DNA from: an uncultured Chloroflexia bacterium
GTDB taxonomy: Bacteria; Chloroflexota; Limnocylindria; Limnocylindrales; CSP1-4
DNA: 64,000 nt
NCBI GenBank assembly: GCA_963746845.1
Contig: CAVVCZ010000006.1
Location: forward strand, 64,001 to 128,000
Direction: 5' to 3'
Position 1 is the stretch's first letter. The number at the start of each line of letters is the position of its first letter. The position numbers and the translations under genes were made by a program. The notes beneath the pieces are model-generated. The model did no database searches. It worked only from the letters and a program-made list of their open reading frames with translations, and was not told where the DNA came from. Below, in pieces: positions 27,999 through 38,289 of this stretch.

Positions 27999-29771
27999 TC
28001 AGACCCCGACGGCGACCCGCGACGGTCGGTGGGTCCCGCTCCGCGCCCGATCCTTGAGGATCTGGCCGGCCGCGAGCTTGCCCGGCGCGCCCATCACGCA
28101 GCCGCCCGGATGCGTCCCCGAGCCGCACTGGTAGTAGCCGTCGATCGGCGTCCGGTACTGCGACCAGCCCGGCGCCGGCCGGAAGAGCCACATCTGGGGC
28201 GACAGGAACTCGCCCGCGAAGATGTTGCCCTCGCTCAGGCCGACCGTCCGCTCGATGTCGAGCGGGGTCCGGATCTCGCGCTGGAGGACGAGGTCGCCGA
28301 AGCCCGGAAAGAACGACTCGAGCGTCGCCTGGACCGTGTCGCCGAAGCGCTCCTTCTCGGTGTCCCAGTCGGAACCCTTGAGGTGGTACGGCGCGTACTG
28401 GACGAAGCAGCTCATCACGTGCTTGCCGGGGGGCGCCATGTCCGGATCGATCGTCGACTGGATCGCGCAATCGAGGTACGGCCGCTTCGAGTACCAGCCG
28501 TACTTCGCGTCGTCGTAGGCCCGCTCCAGGTACTCCATCGACGGACCGATGTTCGTGAAGCCCCGGTACTGGTCTGTCCGGTCCCCGAGCGCCGGGTAGC
28601 GGGGCGCCCCGTCCAGGGCGAAGTTGACCTTCGCGGACGTGCCCTGGAACCGGAACCGCTCAATGGTCTCGACGAGGTCGGTCGGGAGCTCGCGTGGGTC
28701 GACGAGCTCGAGGAACGTCCGCCGCGGGTCGACGGCGGACACGACCACCGGGGCGCTGAGCTCGGTCCCGTCGGCGAGGGCGACCCCGGTCGCGCGGCCG
28801 TTCTTCGTGATCACCCGCTCGACGGGCGACTCCAGCGCGATCTCCGCACCGAACGACTCCGCCGCGCGGGCGAGGACCTTCGTGAACCCGCCGTTGCCCC
28901 CCTTGTGGAATGCCCACGCACCGAACTCGCCATCGTGCTCGCCGAGGATGTGGTACAGGAGGACGAGCCCCGAGCCCTGCGAGTACGGCCCGACCTTCGT
29001 CCCGATGATCGACGACGAGGCGAGGTAGCCCTTGATGATCTCGGACTCGAAGTAGTCGTCGAGGAAGTCGGCGGCGCTGCCGGTGAGGAGCCGGACGGCG
29101 TCGTGCAGGACCTTCTTGTCGAGCTTCTTGAACCGCGAGCCGATGGCGGCGAGCGCGATCAGCTCCTCCGGGTCGTTGCTGAAGATGTCCGGCGGGACCT
29201 GGTCGAGGAGCGGCTTGATCGCCCGGCAGACCCGGAGCACGTCGTGGTTGAACGCCTCGTACGCGTCCGCATCGTGAACCGAGTGCCGCTCGATCTCGCG
29301 CAGGTTCTCGCCGTGATCCTGGCCGAGGATCAGGTAGTCGCCGTTCTCCATCGGCGCGAACGTCGACGGCATCAGCAGTGGCATGAACCCGTGCTTCGTC
29401 AGCTCGAGGTCGTGGATGATGTCCGGCCGAAGCAGGCTCAGCGCGTACGAGAACGTCGTGAACCAGAAGCCGGGCCGGAGCTCCTCGGTGATCGCCGCGC
29501 CCCCGACGAGATGGCGACGCTCGAGGATCAGCGTCTTCAACCCCGCCTTCGCCAGATAGGCGCCGTTCACCAGGCCGTTATGCCCCGCCCCGATGACGAT
29601 TGCGTCATAGGACCGGTCGCGGGCGGACCGGTCCGGCGCGGGGCGTTTGGCCGGCGCCTTCGCGGGTGCCTTCGCGGTCGTCTTGGGCGAGGTCGCTGAC
29701 GCCTTCGATGTCGCCGCCGGCCGGCGGCCGTTGCCGCCCGTTCGGGCCGGCGCGGGCGTCGACTTCGGCAT
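27999..29771 (-). CDS. Phytoene-dehydrogenase-like NAD(P)/FAD oxidoreductase
   Basis: IGAGHNGL, ERRHLVGGAA, TPLDIE...GNIF, YQCGSGTHPGGCVMGAPG. Confidence 0.9.
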   Translation of the reverse strand: MPKSTPAPARTGGNGRRPAATSKASATSPKTTAKAPAKAPAKRPAPDRSARDRSYDAIVIGAGHNGLVNGAYLAKAGLKTLILERRHLVGGAAITEELRPGFWFTTFSYALSLLRPDIIHDLELTKHGFMPLLMPSTFAPMENGDYLILGQDHGENLREIERHSVHDADAYEAFNHDVLRVCRAIKPLLDQVPPDIFSNDPEELIALAAIGSRFKKLDKKVLHDAVRLLTGSAADFLDDYFESEIIKGYLASSSIIGTKVGPYSQGSGLVLLYHILGEHDGEFGAWAFHKGGNGGFTKVLARAAESFGAEIALESPVERVITKNGRATGVALADGTELSAPVVVSAVDPRRTFLELVDPRELPTDLVETIERFRFQGTSAKVNFALDGAPRYPALGDRTDQYRGFTNIGPSMEYLERAYDDAKYGWYSKRPYLDCAIQSTIDPDMAPPGKHVMSCFVQYAPYHLKGSDWDTEKERFGDTVQATLESFFPGFGDLVLQREIRTPLDIERTVGLSEGNIFAGEFLSPQMWLFRPAPGWSQYRTPIDGYYQCGSGTHPGGCVMGAPGKLAAGQILKDRARSGTHRPSRVAVGV

Positions 29772-30970
29772 CAGGCGGTCCTCCGTTCGGGGTTGTAGAG
29801 CGGCAGCCGGGTCACGGCCGCTTCGAAGTACTCGTAGCGGTGGTTGACGGGCAGCTCGAGCTTGACCGTGGAGCCGGGCTTCGTCCGGTCGAGCGGGATC
29901 CGGGCCAGGGCGATGTGGCGCTGGAGCATCGGCGAGTACATCAGGCTCGTCGCGTAGCCGAGCTGCGTGCCGGTGTCGTCGTAGACGTAGTACTCGTCCT
30001 GGATCGGCGTGTGGTCCTTCGGCGGGATGAGGCCGGCCTCATCGTAGTGGCGGTCGTAGTCCTGCCAGTCGAGGACGAGCCCGGTGAGCTTCCAGCGCGA
30101 GGACTTGTGGCGCAGCTCGCGCTCGAGCGCGGCCCGGCCGATGAACGCGCGGTCGTCGTTGGCGAGGTCGCGGAGCATCCAGCCCAGCCCGACCTCGATG
30201 AGCGTCGAGCGGGTCGCGTTCGTCCACGCGTAGCGGCTCGAGCTGAAGTCGACGTCGAGGAGGAGCAGGCCGGCCTCGATCCGGGCCATGTACAGGGCGA
30301 TCATCCCGAACGGGATCACCCCGCGGCCGGCCGACGCCTCCGTGACGGCATCCCAGACCCGGATCGCCTTGTCGGCCGGGATCCAGAGCTCGTAGCCGAG
30401 ATCGCCCGTGTAGCCGGTCCGGGAGATGCGGACCGGCGTGCCGGCGATCTTCGCGTCGAGGAGCCCGAAATAGGGCAGCCCCTCGATCCCGGGCGCCAGC
30501 GCGGCGAGGATCTCGCGCGACTTCGGGCCCTGGATCGCGAGGACCGCCGAGTCCTCGCTGACGTCCTCGAACGAGACGCGGTGGCGGCCGACGAGCCCCT
30601 CGAACCAGGCGAGGTTCGGCTCGGCGCAGGTCAGCAGGTAGTCGTTCGCGCCGGTTCGGAAGATCACGCCGTCCTCGACGACGAAGCCGCCGTCGTCCAA
30701 CCACGCGGTGTACTGGCCGTGGCCGACCGGACAGGTCCGGATGTCGCGGGCGAGGACGCCGGCGAGGAACGCCTCCGCGTCGGGGCCGTGGATCCGGTAC
30801 TTGAACAGTGGCGAGCTGTCGAAGAGCCCGGCGCTGTTGCGGATCGCGAAGTACTCGAACTTCTCGGAGAGCTGGTATTTCTGGGCGACGAGGTAGCCCG
30901 ACCAGTGCTCCCAGAGGCCCGTCTCGTTGGCGGCGTTCGTCCGCTCATGGAATGGGGTCGTGCGGATCAT
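29771..30970 (-). CDS. GcvT-like folate-dependent aminomethyltransferase
   Basis: RTTPFH, EYFAIRNSAGLFDSSPL, AIQGPKS, SRTGYTGDLGYEL, ARIEAG; start MIRTT. Confidence 0.9.
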   Translation of the reverse strand: MIRTTPFHERTNAANETGLWEHWSGYLVAQKYQLSEKFEYFAIRNSAGLFDSSPLFKYRIHGPDAEAFLAGVLARDIRTCPVGHGQYTAWLDDGGFVVEDGVIFRTGANDYLLTCAEPNLAWFEGLVGRHRVSFEDVSEDSAVLAIQGPKSREILAALAPGIEGLPYFGLLDAKIAGTPVRISRTGYTGDLGYELWIPADKAIRVWDAVTEASAGRGVIPFGMIALYMARIEAGLLLLDVDFSSSRYAWTNATRSTLIEVGLGWMLRDLANDDRAFIGRAALERELRHKSSRWKLTGLVLDWQDYDRHYDEAGLIPPKDHTPIQDEYYVYDDTGTQLGYATSLMYSPMLQRHIALARIPLDRTKPGSTVKLELPVNHRYEYFEAAVTRLPLYNPERRTA

Positions 30971-31156
30971 CGAGCCCTCGTGGATGGATGCCGGACGGTC
31001 GGCTGACGGTCGCGCATCCGCGTTCGCGGGAGCGCGCGCGTCCCGCGTGATGGGCCGCGTGTCGCGCGTGATGGGCCGTACGTCGGCGGCCGACGCGCGG
31101 GGCGCTGGACCTGACGAGACGCTTCCGCGATCCGACGCCGCGCCTATCCTGTCGCC

Positions 31157-31999
31157 GTGGCGCTCTACCAGCTCGACGATCCCGGGCCGCTCGTCTCGCC
31201 GTCGCTGATCGTCGCGCTCGACGGCTGGGTCGATGCGGGGAGCGCGGCGACGACCGCGGCCGCGCTGATCGCCGGCGACGGCCGGGTCGTCGTGCGGTTC
31301 GACGCCGACCGCGTGTTCGACTATCGCGCTCGGCGACCGACCCTCGAGATCGTCGACGGCAAGCTGTCGGAGCTCGAGTGGCCCGAGTTCCGCATCCGCT
31401 ACGTCCGCGTGGGCGAGCGCGACCTCCTCGTCCTCGTCGGCCCGGAGCCGGACTACCGCTGGCCGAGCCTGGCTGCCGCGGTCAGCGAGGCGGCGCGGAC
31501 CCTCGGCGTCGCGGAGTGGATCAGCCTCGGCGCGATCCCGGCGGCCGTGCCGCACACCCGGCCCGTGCCGATCCTCGGGACATCGTCCCAGCCCGGGTTG
31601 CTGAAGGGCGACATCCGGCCGGGACCGGCTGGCGTGCTGCGGGTCCCGGCCGCGCTGATCAGCGTCCTCGAGAAGCAGGCGGCGGAGGACGGCATCGCGG
31701 CCGTCGGCTACTTCGCCCAGGTCCCCCACTACGTGAGCGGCCCGTATGCGCCGGCCGCGCTGGCCCTCCTCGTGGCGGTCGAGCGCCACCTCGGGATCGA
31801 GCTGGACCACGGCCCGTTGCAGGTCGAGTCCGACCAGCTCCGGATCCGGCTCGACGCGGCCACGACTGCGGACGACAACACGCGCTCCTACGTGGAGCGC
31901 CTCGAGTCGATGGTGGACGAGGAGCGGCTCCCGGCGGGGGACGACCTGATCACCGAGATCGAGCAGTTTCTCCGGGACCAGGGACCGCAGCGGTCGTAG
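31157..31999 (+). CDS. PAC2 family protein
   Basis: GWVDAGSAA, FDYRARRP, GPEPDYRW, PHTRP, AQVPHY, YVERLE. Confidence 0.9.
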   Translation: MALYQLDDPGPLVSPSLIVALDGWVDAGSAATTAAALIAGDGRVVVRFDADRVFDYRARRPTLEIVDGKLSELEWPEFRIRYVRVGERDLLVLVGPEPDYRWPSLAAAVSEAARTLGVAEWISLGAIPAAVPHTRPVPILGTSSQPGLLKGDIRPGPAGVLRVPAALISVLEKQAAEDGIAAVGYFAQVPHYVSGPYAPAALALLVAVERHLGIELDHGPLQVESDQLRIRLDAATTADDNTRSYVERLESMVDEERLPAGDDLITEIEQFLRDQGPQRS

Positions 32000-32202
32000 A
32001 CAAGGGTTCGCGAGGCCCTTTCAGGATCGCGTCCGATGAGGTTGCCGAATTTCGACTCCCTGTCTGCCGCCGCTCGCCAGCCGGTCGGTTGACCGCGCGG
32101 TAATGTTCGTCCAGGCGGACATCGGCCGCGAACGCTGCAGGCCACCGCCTTCCAGCGCCTGTTGCGCGCGATCCCGCGATCGACGACCGAGGGGGAGCTC
32201 AC

Positions 32203-33993
32203 GTGGCTGCGACAGCGACAACCACAAAGCGACCGAGTCGCGCCCTGCCGGTCCTCGACGGGATCCTGCCGATCGACCGGGCGCGGATCCCGGGCGACCT
32301 CATCGCCGGCGCGACCCTGGCCGCGCTCGCGATCCCCGAGGTCATGGGCTACACGAAGATCGCGGGCATGCCGGTCGTCACGGGCCTGTACACGATCCTG
32401 TTGCCTGTTGCCGTGTTCGCCCTGTTGGGCTCGTCACGGCACCTCGTCGTGGGAGCCGACTCGGCGACGGCGGCGATCATGGCCACCGGCATCGTCGCGA
32501 CCGGCGCCGTGGCCGGTTCTCCGCAATACGTGGCCCTGGCCTCGCTGACTGCCCTCATGTGCGCCGCGCTCCTCATCGGCGCCCGGCTCCTGAACCTCGG
32601 CTTCATCGCCAACTTCCTGTCGCGCAGCGTGCTGATCGGCTTCCTCACGGGCGTCGGCATCCAGGTGGCGATGGGCCAGGTGGCCGGCATGTTCGGCGTC
32701 GACGCCGGTAGCGGCGGAACAATCGAGAAGTTCGTCAACACCCTCAAGGCCATCCCGACCTCGACCCAGGGTGCGACCCTGGCCGTCTCGGTCAGCGTCC
32801 TCGTGGTGATCATCGGCCTCGAGCGGGTCAACAAGAGGATCCCGGGCGCCCTCATCGCGGTGGTCGGGGCAATCGCCGTCAGCTACTTCCTGGACCTGGC
32901 CGCGCGTGGTGTCACGACCCTCGGGACGGTCCAGGGGGGGCTCCCGACGTTCGGCCTCCCGCCGGACGTGATCACGACCGAAAACGTCCAGGCGCTGCTG
33001 CCGACGGTCTTCGCCATGTTCGTCGTCATCCTCGCCCAGAGCGCCGCTACGTCACGCGCCTACGCGATGAAGTACGGCGATCGCTTCGACGAGAACGTCG
33101 ACCTGGTCGGACTCGGCCTCGCGAATGCCGCCGCCGGCCTGTCCGCGACATTCGTCGTGAACGGCAGCCCGACGAAGACCTCGATGGTCGACAGCGCGGG
33201 CGGCCGGAGCCAGATCGCCCAGCTGACGACCGGCGCGATCGTCCTCGTCGTCCTTCTCTTCCTCACCGGCCCGCTCGCCTACATGCCCAACGCCGTCCTT
33301 GCGTCGGTCGTCTTCCTCATCGGGATCCGCCTCGTCGACGCGCGGGGAATGCGGGACATCGCGGCCGTCCGGCCCGGCGAGTTCGGCGTCGCCCTCCTGA
33401 CGGCTGCGACGGTCGTCGTCGTCGGCGTCGAGCAGGGCATCGTCCTCGCCATCATCCTGTCGATCGTCGTCCACCTCTATCACAGCTACCGACCGTACGA
33501 CACGCTCCTCCACATGACCCCGGACGGTCACATCCACGCGTCGTCGCCGTCCGACGGAGCGCAGCTCGCGCCCGGCCTGGCCGCCTATCGGTTCGGGGCC
33601 AGCCTGTACTACGCCAACGCGACTCGGTTCACCGCCGAGATCATGGACATCGTCGAGAACGCCGATCCTCCGATCCGCTGGTTCGCGGTCGTGGCCTCGG
33701 CCATCGGCGACATCGACTACTCGGGGGCCAATTCACTGCGGAGCGTGCACGAGGAGCTCGCCGCGCGCGACATCACGTTGATCCTCCTCGACGTCGATCC
33801 CCGAGTCCGCACGCTCCTCGACCGCTACGGGCTTACCGAACGGATCGGCGCGGCGCGCATCTTCGAGACGATCGGAGACGCGGCCGACGCGTACGTCGCG
33901 GCGACCGGCGATCATGCCACGGCGAACGCGGTCGAACCGGCCGGCACAGACGCGCCGCCGCCCGATCCATCCGGCGCGGCCGAGTCCGGATAG
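32203..33993 (+). CDS. SulP family anion transporter with STAS domain
   Basis: GDLIAG...IPEVMGY..IAG.P...GLY, GSSRHL, NGSPTKT, SLYYANA, IDYSG. Confidence 0.92.
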   Translation: MAATATTTKRPSRALPVLDGILPIDRARIPGDLIAGATLAALAIPEVMGYTKIAGMPVVTGLYTILLPVAVFALLGSSRHLVVGADSATAAIMATGIVATGAVAGSPQYVALASLTALMCAALLIGARLLNLGFIANFLSRSVLIGFLTGVGIQVAMGQVAGMFGVDAGSGGTIEKFVNTLKAIPTSTQGATLAVSVSVLVVIIGLERVNKRIPGALIAVVGAIAVSYFLDLAARGVTTLGTVQGGLPTFGLPPDVITTENVQALLPTVFAMFVVILAQSAATSRAYAMKYGDRFDENVDLVGLGLANAAAGLSATFVVNGSPTKTSMVDSAGGRSQIAQLTTGAIVLVVLLFLTGPLAYMPNAVLASVVFLIGIRLVDARGMRDIAAVRPGEFGVALLTAATVVVVGVEQGIVLAIILSIVVHLYHSYRPYDTLLHMTPDGHIHASSPSDGAQLAPGLAAYRFGASLYYANATRFTAEIMDIVENADPPIRWFAVVASAIGDIDYSGANSLRSVHEELAARDITLILLDVDPRVRTLLDRYGLTERIGAARIFETIGDAADAYVAATGDHATANAVEPAGTDAPPPDPSGAAESG

Positions 33994-34001
33994 GAGGGGA
34001 C

Positions 34002-35348
34002 ATGGCATCGCTCGCGACGCCGGCCGAGCGACGCGCGGCCGGCGAGAAGGCCCGCTCGGCGGTACCGCTCGAGGTGCATGCGACATGGAAGCCGCCGGCC
34101 AAGCGAGCGGATCCCGTCGCCCTGCTCGAGAGCCAGGCCGCGAGCCGCATCCCGAGTCTCGTGCCGGTCCGCTACGGCCGGATGATGGCCTCGGCGTTCT
34201 CCTTCTACCGGGGGGCCGCCCTGCCGATGGCCGCAGACCTCGCGTCGGGGCCGTCGAGCGGCATCATCGTCCAGCTCTGCGGCGACGCCCATCTCTCGAA
34301 TTTCGGGCTGTTCGCCTCCCCCGAGCGTGACCTCGTGTTCGACATCAACGACTTCGACGAGACGTTGCCGGGCCCGTTCGAGTACGACGTGAAACGGCTT
34401 GCCACGAGCCTTGTCGTCGCCGGCCGATCCCGGGGCTTCTCGGCCCACGAGACCGCCCGCGTCGCCCGCGCTGCGGTCAAGGCATATCGCGTGCGGATGG
34501 CCGAGTACGCAGGCATGCGGGCGATCGACGTCTTCTACGCGCGCGTCGACGCCGCCGGGATCCTCGCCTACGTCGATCGGCGGGCCCGACCGTTCCTCCA
34601 CTCGACGGTGAAGTCGGCCGCCCATCACGACGCCCTCCACGAGCTGCCGAAGCTCTCGGAGATCGGGCCCGATGGGCAACGCCGCATCGTCGACCACCCG
34701 CCGATCATCCGCCACGTCAACGTCACGATGCCGGTCGAGCAGGCCACGCTCGATGCCTACCTCGAAACGCTCCAGGAGGACCGCCGTTTGCTCGTCGAGC
34801 GGTACCGGCTCGTGGACGCGGCACTGAAGGTTGTCGGGGTAGGCAGTGTCGGACTCGGAGCCTATGCCTGCCTCCTCGATGGCGGCGGCGGCGAGGATCC
34901 GCTCTTCCTCCAGGTGAAGCAGGCCGAGGCTTCGGTCTACGAACAGTTCCTCGGCCCAGGCGGGTATCCCCACCACGGTCAGCGCGTCGTGACCGGCCAG
35001 CGCCGACTCCAGGCCGCCAGCGACATCCTCCTCGGCTGGGTGACGGGGCCGCGCGGCCGCAGCCTGTACGTCCGCCAGCTCCAGGATCAGAAGGGCAGCG
35101 CGGTGGTGGAGGCGATGACGATCGCCGACCTCCGGAGCTGGGGAGAGCTGTGCGGCTGGGCCCTCGCGCGAGGCCACGCCAGCAGCGGCGAGCCGGCGAC
35201 GATCGCCGGGTACCTCGGGACCGGCACCGAGTTCGACCACGCGATCGGCGACTTCGCCACCGCCTACGCCGACCAGACCGAGCACGATCACGCCGCGCTC
35301 GTGGCGGCGGTCGAGGCCGGTCGCATCGCCGCCGTGACCGGCGTCTGA
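34002..35348 (+). CDS. DUF2252 family protein (kinase-like)
   Basis: RYGRM.ASAFSFYRGAA, CGDAHLSNFG, FDINDFDE, KVVGVGSVG, LARGHA. Confidence 0.92.
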   Translation: MASLATPAERRAAGEKARSAVPLEVHATWKPPAKRADPVALLESQAASRIPSLVPVRYGRMMASAFSFYRGAALPMAADLASGPSSGIIVQLCGDAHLSNFGLFASPERDLVFDINDFDETLPGPFEYDVKRLATSLVVAGRSRGFSAHETARVARAAVKAYRVRMAEYAGMRAIDVFYARVDAAGILAYVDRRARPFLHSTVKSAAHHDALHELPKLSEIGPDGQRRIVDHPPIIRHVNVTMPVEQATLDAYLETLQEDRRLLVERYRLVDAALKVVGVGSVGLGAYACLLDGGGGEDPLFLQVKQAEASVYEQFLGPGGYPHHGQRVVTGQRRLQAASDILLGWVTGPRGRSLYVRQLQDQKGSAVVEAMTIADLRSWGELCGWALARGHASSGEPATIAGYLGTGTEFDHAIGDFATAYADQTEHDHAALVAAVEAGRIAAVTGV

Positions 35349-35457
35349 TCGATCCGCTCTGGGGCTGGCGGTCCACACGGGCCGCGGCCGGTGGGATCGC
35401 CGCGGTCGGGTCCTTCGGGCCAGGATGTGTCATGGGCGAAACCGGTGTCCCGGATAG

Positions 35458-35475
35458 TCGACACATTCTGTCAGC
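35458..35475 (+). promoter_or_regulatory. Putative WYL-regulator operator
   Basis: GACA-CATTC-TGTC inverted repeat about 25 nt upstream of the WYL gene. Confidence 0.45.
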
Positions 35476-35496
35476 AATCGGCTATGCTGGCGGGCG

Positions 35497-36525
35497 ATGC
35501 GCGCCTCGCGGTTGGTTTCGCTTCTCCTGCTCCTGCAGTCGCGCGGCGGCCAGACCGCTGCCGAGCTGGCCGAGGAGCTCGAGGTCTCGGTCCGGACGAT
35601 CCATCGCGACGTCGACGCGCTGAGCGCATCCGGCGTCCCGATCTACGCCGACCGCGGACCGCACGGCGGGATCCGCCTCGTCGACGGCTACCGCACCCGG
35701 CTCACCGGCATGACCGCGGACGAAGCCGAGGCGCTGTTCCTCGCCGGTCTGCCGGGCCCAGCCGCGGAGCTCGGGCTCGGGACGGTCGTGGCCGCCGCAC
35801 GGCTCAAGGTCCTTGCCTCCCTCCCGACCGAGCTGCGCGGCCGTGCGTCACGCCTCGTGGAGCGGTTCCATCTCGATGCGGCCGCCTGGTATCACGCGGA
35901 CGAGGCCGTGCCGCATCTCGGTGAGCTGTCCGAGGCGGTCTGGGAAGCTCGCCGGGTGAAGATCGGCTACAACCGCGGCGACAAGACCGTCGATCGGATC
36001 CTCGAGCCACTCGGCCTCGTCCTCAAGGCGGGCGTCTGGTACCTCGTGGCGCAGGCCGACGGCCAGCCGCGGACCTACCGCGTCTCGCGCGTCAGCCGCG
36101 TGGAGACGCTCGATGAGAGCTTCGAGCGGCCCGACCGGTTCGACCTCGCGGCGTTCTGGACCGAATCGAGCGCGGCCTACGAACGGGACACGCCGCGGGT
36201 CGAGGTTGTCCTCCGGATCGCCCGCGACCGGATCGACCGCCTCCGCGACGTGATCGGCGAACGGCCGTACGACACGATCGAACGGCTCGGCGACGACGAC
36301 GAGGGCTGGGTGCGTCTCCGGGTCAGGCTCGACTGGCCCAACGAGGTGACGACCCAGATCCTCGCGGTCGGGCCGGGCTGCGAGCTGCTGGAGCCGGAGC
36401 CGTTGCGCCGGCGGATCGCCGAGGAGGCGCGCCGGCTGGCCGCCCGGTACGACGACGAGGCGGCCGTCACGTCCGCCTCGTCGATCGCCCCGGCGCCGCC
36501 CGCGCCGGCCGTGGCCGCAGGCTAG
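35497..36525 (+). CDS. YafY/PafC-like HTH-WYL-WCX transcriptional regulator
   Basis: MRASRL...TAAELAEELEVSVRTIHRD, EPLGLV.KAGVWYLVA, RTYRVSRV. Confidence 0.93.
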   Translation: MRASRLVSLLLLLQSRGGQTAAELAEELEVSVRTIHRDVDALSASGVPIYADRGPHGGIRLVDGYRTRLTGMTADEAEALFLAGLPGPAAELGLGTVVAAARLKVLASLPTELRGRASRLVERFHLDAAAWYHADEAVPHLGELSEAVWEARRVKIGYNRGDKTVDRILEPLGLVLKAGVWYLVAQADGQPRTYRVSRVSRVETLDESFERPDRFDLAAFWTESSAAYERDTPRVEVVLRIARDRIDRLRDVIGERPYDTIERLGDDDEGWVRLRVRLDWPNEVTTQILAVGPGCELLEPEPLRRRIAEEARRLAARYDDEAAVTSASSIAPAPPAPAVAAG

Positions 36526-36728
36526 GCGACCTCGCACGCCGGTCCGCCCGACCGCTCGGCCCGGCTCGCCGGTCGCGCTCCCACGACCGTCGCCGGACGC
36601 GTGATCCGCGGCGAATCGACCGTCTCCGCCCATGGCCCGGACAGGAGCCGCCGCTCGCGACTCGCCCGCTCGAGCTGACGCTCGCGATCCGCCTGGATCG
36701 CGCTCATCAGCGGATGGGAAGGAAACAT
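36522..36728 (-). CDS. Small hypothetical protein
   Basis: GAGGT RBS; MFPSHPLMSAIQADRERQLERASRERRLL. Confidence 0.55.
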   Translation of the reverse strand: MFPSHPLMSAIQADRERQLERASRERRLLSGPWAETVDSPRITRPATVVGARPASRAERSGGPACEVA

Positions 36729-36882
36729 CTCGCACCTCGTCTGACCGTCATCCGACTGTCGACTGTCGTCCACTCCGTCATCCTGACGGATGTACCTGTC
36801 AGAACCTGTCAACAGTGTCGGGCGCGGCGCGAAACCGGACGGCAGACGCGCGATCGAGCGGCTGTGCGATACCCTCCCCCCG

Positions 36883-37752
36883 ATGACGTTCGACCCGAAC
36901 GCACAGCTCGATCCCACCCAGGTCACGGACGTCCGCGGACGGTCCGTGGGCCGCGGCGGCGGCCTGGCCGTGGGTGGCGGCGGGCTCGGCCTGATCATCG
37001 TGCTCATCTACACGCTGCTCGGCGGCAACCCGGGCGACCTCCTGAGCTCGGGCGGTGGCGGCGGCACGATCGACACGAACGGCCCGAACAGCTCCGCGCT
37101 CGCTGCATGCACAAGCGGCGCGCAGGCGAACGCGCGCGAGGATTGCCAGATCGTCGGCTACGTCAACAGCATCCAGGCGTTCTGGGCGACCCAGGTGCAG
37201 GGCTACGAGAAGGCCGAGACGATCATCTTCACCGGAGCGGTCTCGACGGGCTGCGGCGACGCCTCATCGGCCACGGGCCCGTTCTACTGCCCGGTCGACA
37301 AGAACGTCTATCTCGATCTCGGCTTCTTCCAGGAGCTCCAGGATCGGTTCGGCGCGAAGGACGCGCCGTTCGCCCGCGCCTACGTGGTCGCCCACGAGTA
37401 CGGGCATCACGTGCAGGACCTGGTCGGCGACCTCGGCTCGGGCAGTGGCGAGACCGGCGCGTCCGGACGATCCGTCCGCACGGAGCTCCAGGCGGACTGC
37501 TACGCGGGCGTGTGGGCCCACAGCGCGAGCTCGACCGGCTTCATCCAGCCCCTGACGCAGGACCAGATCGGGGCGGCCGATGACGCGGCGACGGCCGTCG
37601 GCGACGATCGGATCCAGGCGTCCGTCGGTGGCGGGGTCGACCCCGACAGCTTCACCCACGGGACGTCGGCCCAGCGGGTCCGCTGGTTCACGGCCGGGTA
37701 CGACTCGGGTAACCCGCGCGACTGCGACACGTTCAACGCACAGCAGCTGTAG
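36883..37752 (+). CDS. YpfJ-like neutral zinc metallopeptidase
   Basis: GPFYCP.D..VYLD, AHEYGHHVQ, ELQADCYAG, VGDDRIQ, FTHGTS. Confidence 0.92.
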   Translation: MTFDPNAQLDPTQVTDVRGRSVGRGGGLAVGGGGLGLIIVLIYTLLGGNPGDLLSSGGGGGTIDTNGPNSSALAACTSGAQANAREDCQIVGYVNSIQAFWATQVQGYEKAETIIFTGAVSTGCGDASSATGPFYCPVDKNVYLDLGFFQELQDRFGAKDAPFARAYVVAHEYGHHVQDLVGDLGSGSGETGASGRSVRTELQADCYAGVWAHSASSTGFIQPLTQDQIGAADDAATAVGDDRIQASVGGGVDPDSFTHGTSAQRVRWFTAGYDSGNPRDCDTFNAQQL

Positions 37753-37782
37753 ACGGGCTCGCGCCCCCCGGCGTCCGCCGGG

Positions 37783-38289
37783 CTAGGCGACGGCGCCGGC
37801 GAAGGCGAAGGCGAGGGTTGGTGCCGTGCCGGTCTCGGGCGCCTCGACCGCCTCGGTCGCGCGAGCTGTCGACTCGTCGGTCCGGCGGGTCTCGCCGAAG
37901 GCCGACAGGGCGAGGGCGATCAGGCTGACCTGGAGGGCCCAGACGAGCGCCGAGGCGATGTCGATCGTGCCGAACAGGATCGCCTGCTGCTGAGCGGGCT
38001 CGGCGATCCCGGCGAGCGAGATCGCGACCGCGAGGACGACCAGCCAGAGCGCCGCGCGCCGGCCGCCACGGGTCGGGCGCGCCGCGATCGTGGCGAGGAG
38101 GCCGACGAAGACCAGGGCGATGAGCGATGGGGAGATCGCGGTGCCATGGGCCCAGACGTCGGCCGAGATGGAGGACACGTCGCCGTGGCCACCGAACGTG
38201 TACGGCAGGTGCTGGGCGACGCCGATCTTCGTCAGGGCGAGGCCGATGGCGATGACGATCGTGGCGATCGCGGCGGGTCGGGTGCGCAT
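37783..38289 (-). CDS. Hypothetical membrane protein
   Basis: GGAGG RBS before MRTRPAAI; four hydrophobic helices. Confidence 0.65.
   Translation of the reverse strand: MRTRPAAIATIVIAIGLALTKIGVAQHLPYTFGGHGDVSSISADVWAHGTAISPSLIALVFVGLLATIAARPTRGGRRAALWLVVLAVAISLAGIAEPAQQQAILFGTIDIASALVWALQVSLIALALSAFGETRRTDESTARATEAVEAPETGTAPTLAFAFAGAVA

Noticed and set aside
30971-31810. N-terminal extension of the GcvT-like ORF and the 21-nt-period repeat at 31044-31078
   Set aside because: The extension is antisense to PAC2; the repeat has only two copies and no spacers, so it is not CRISPR
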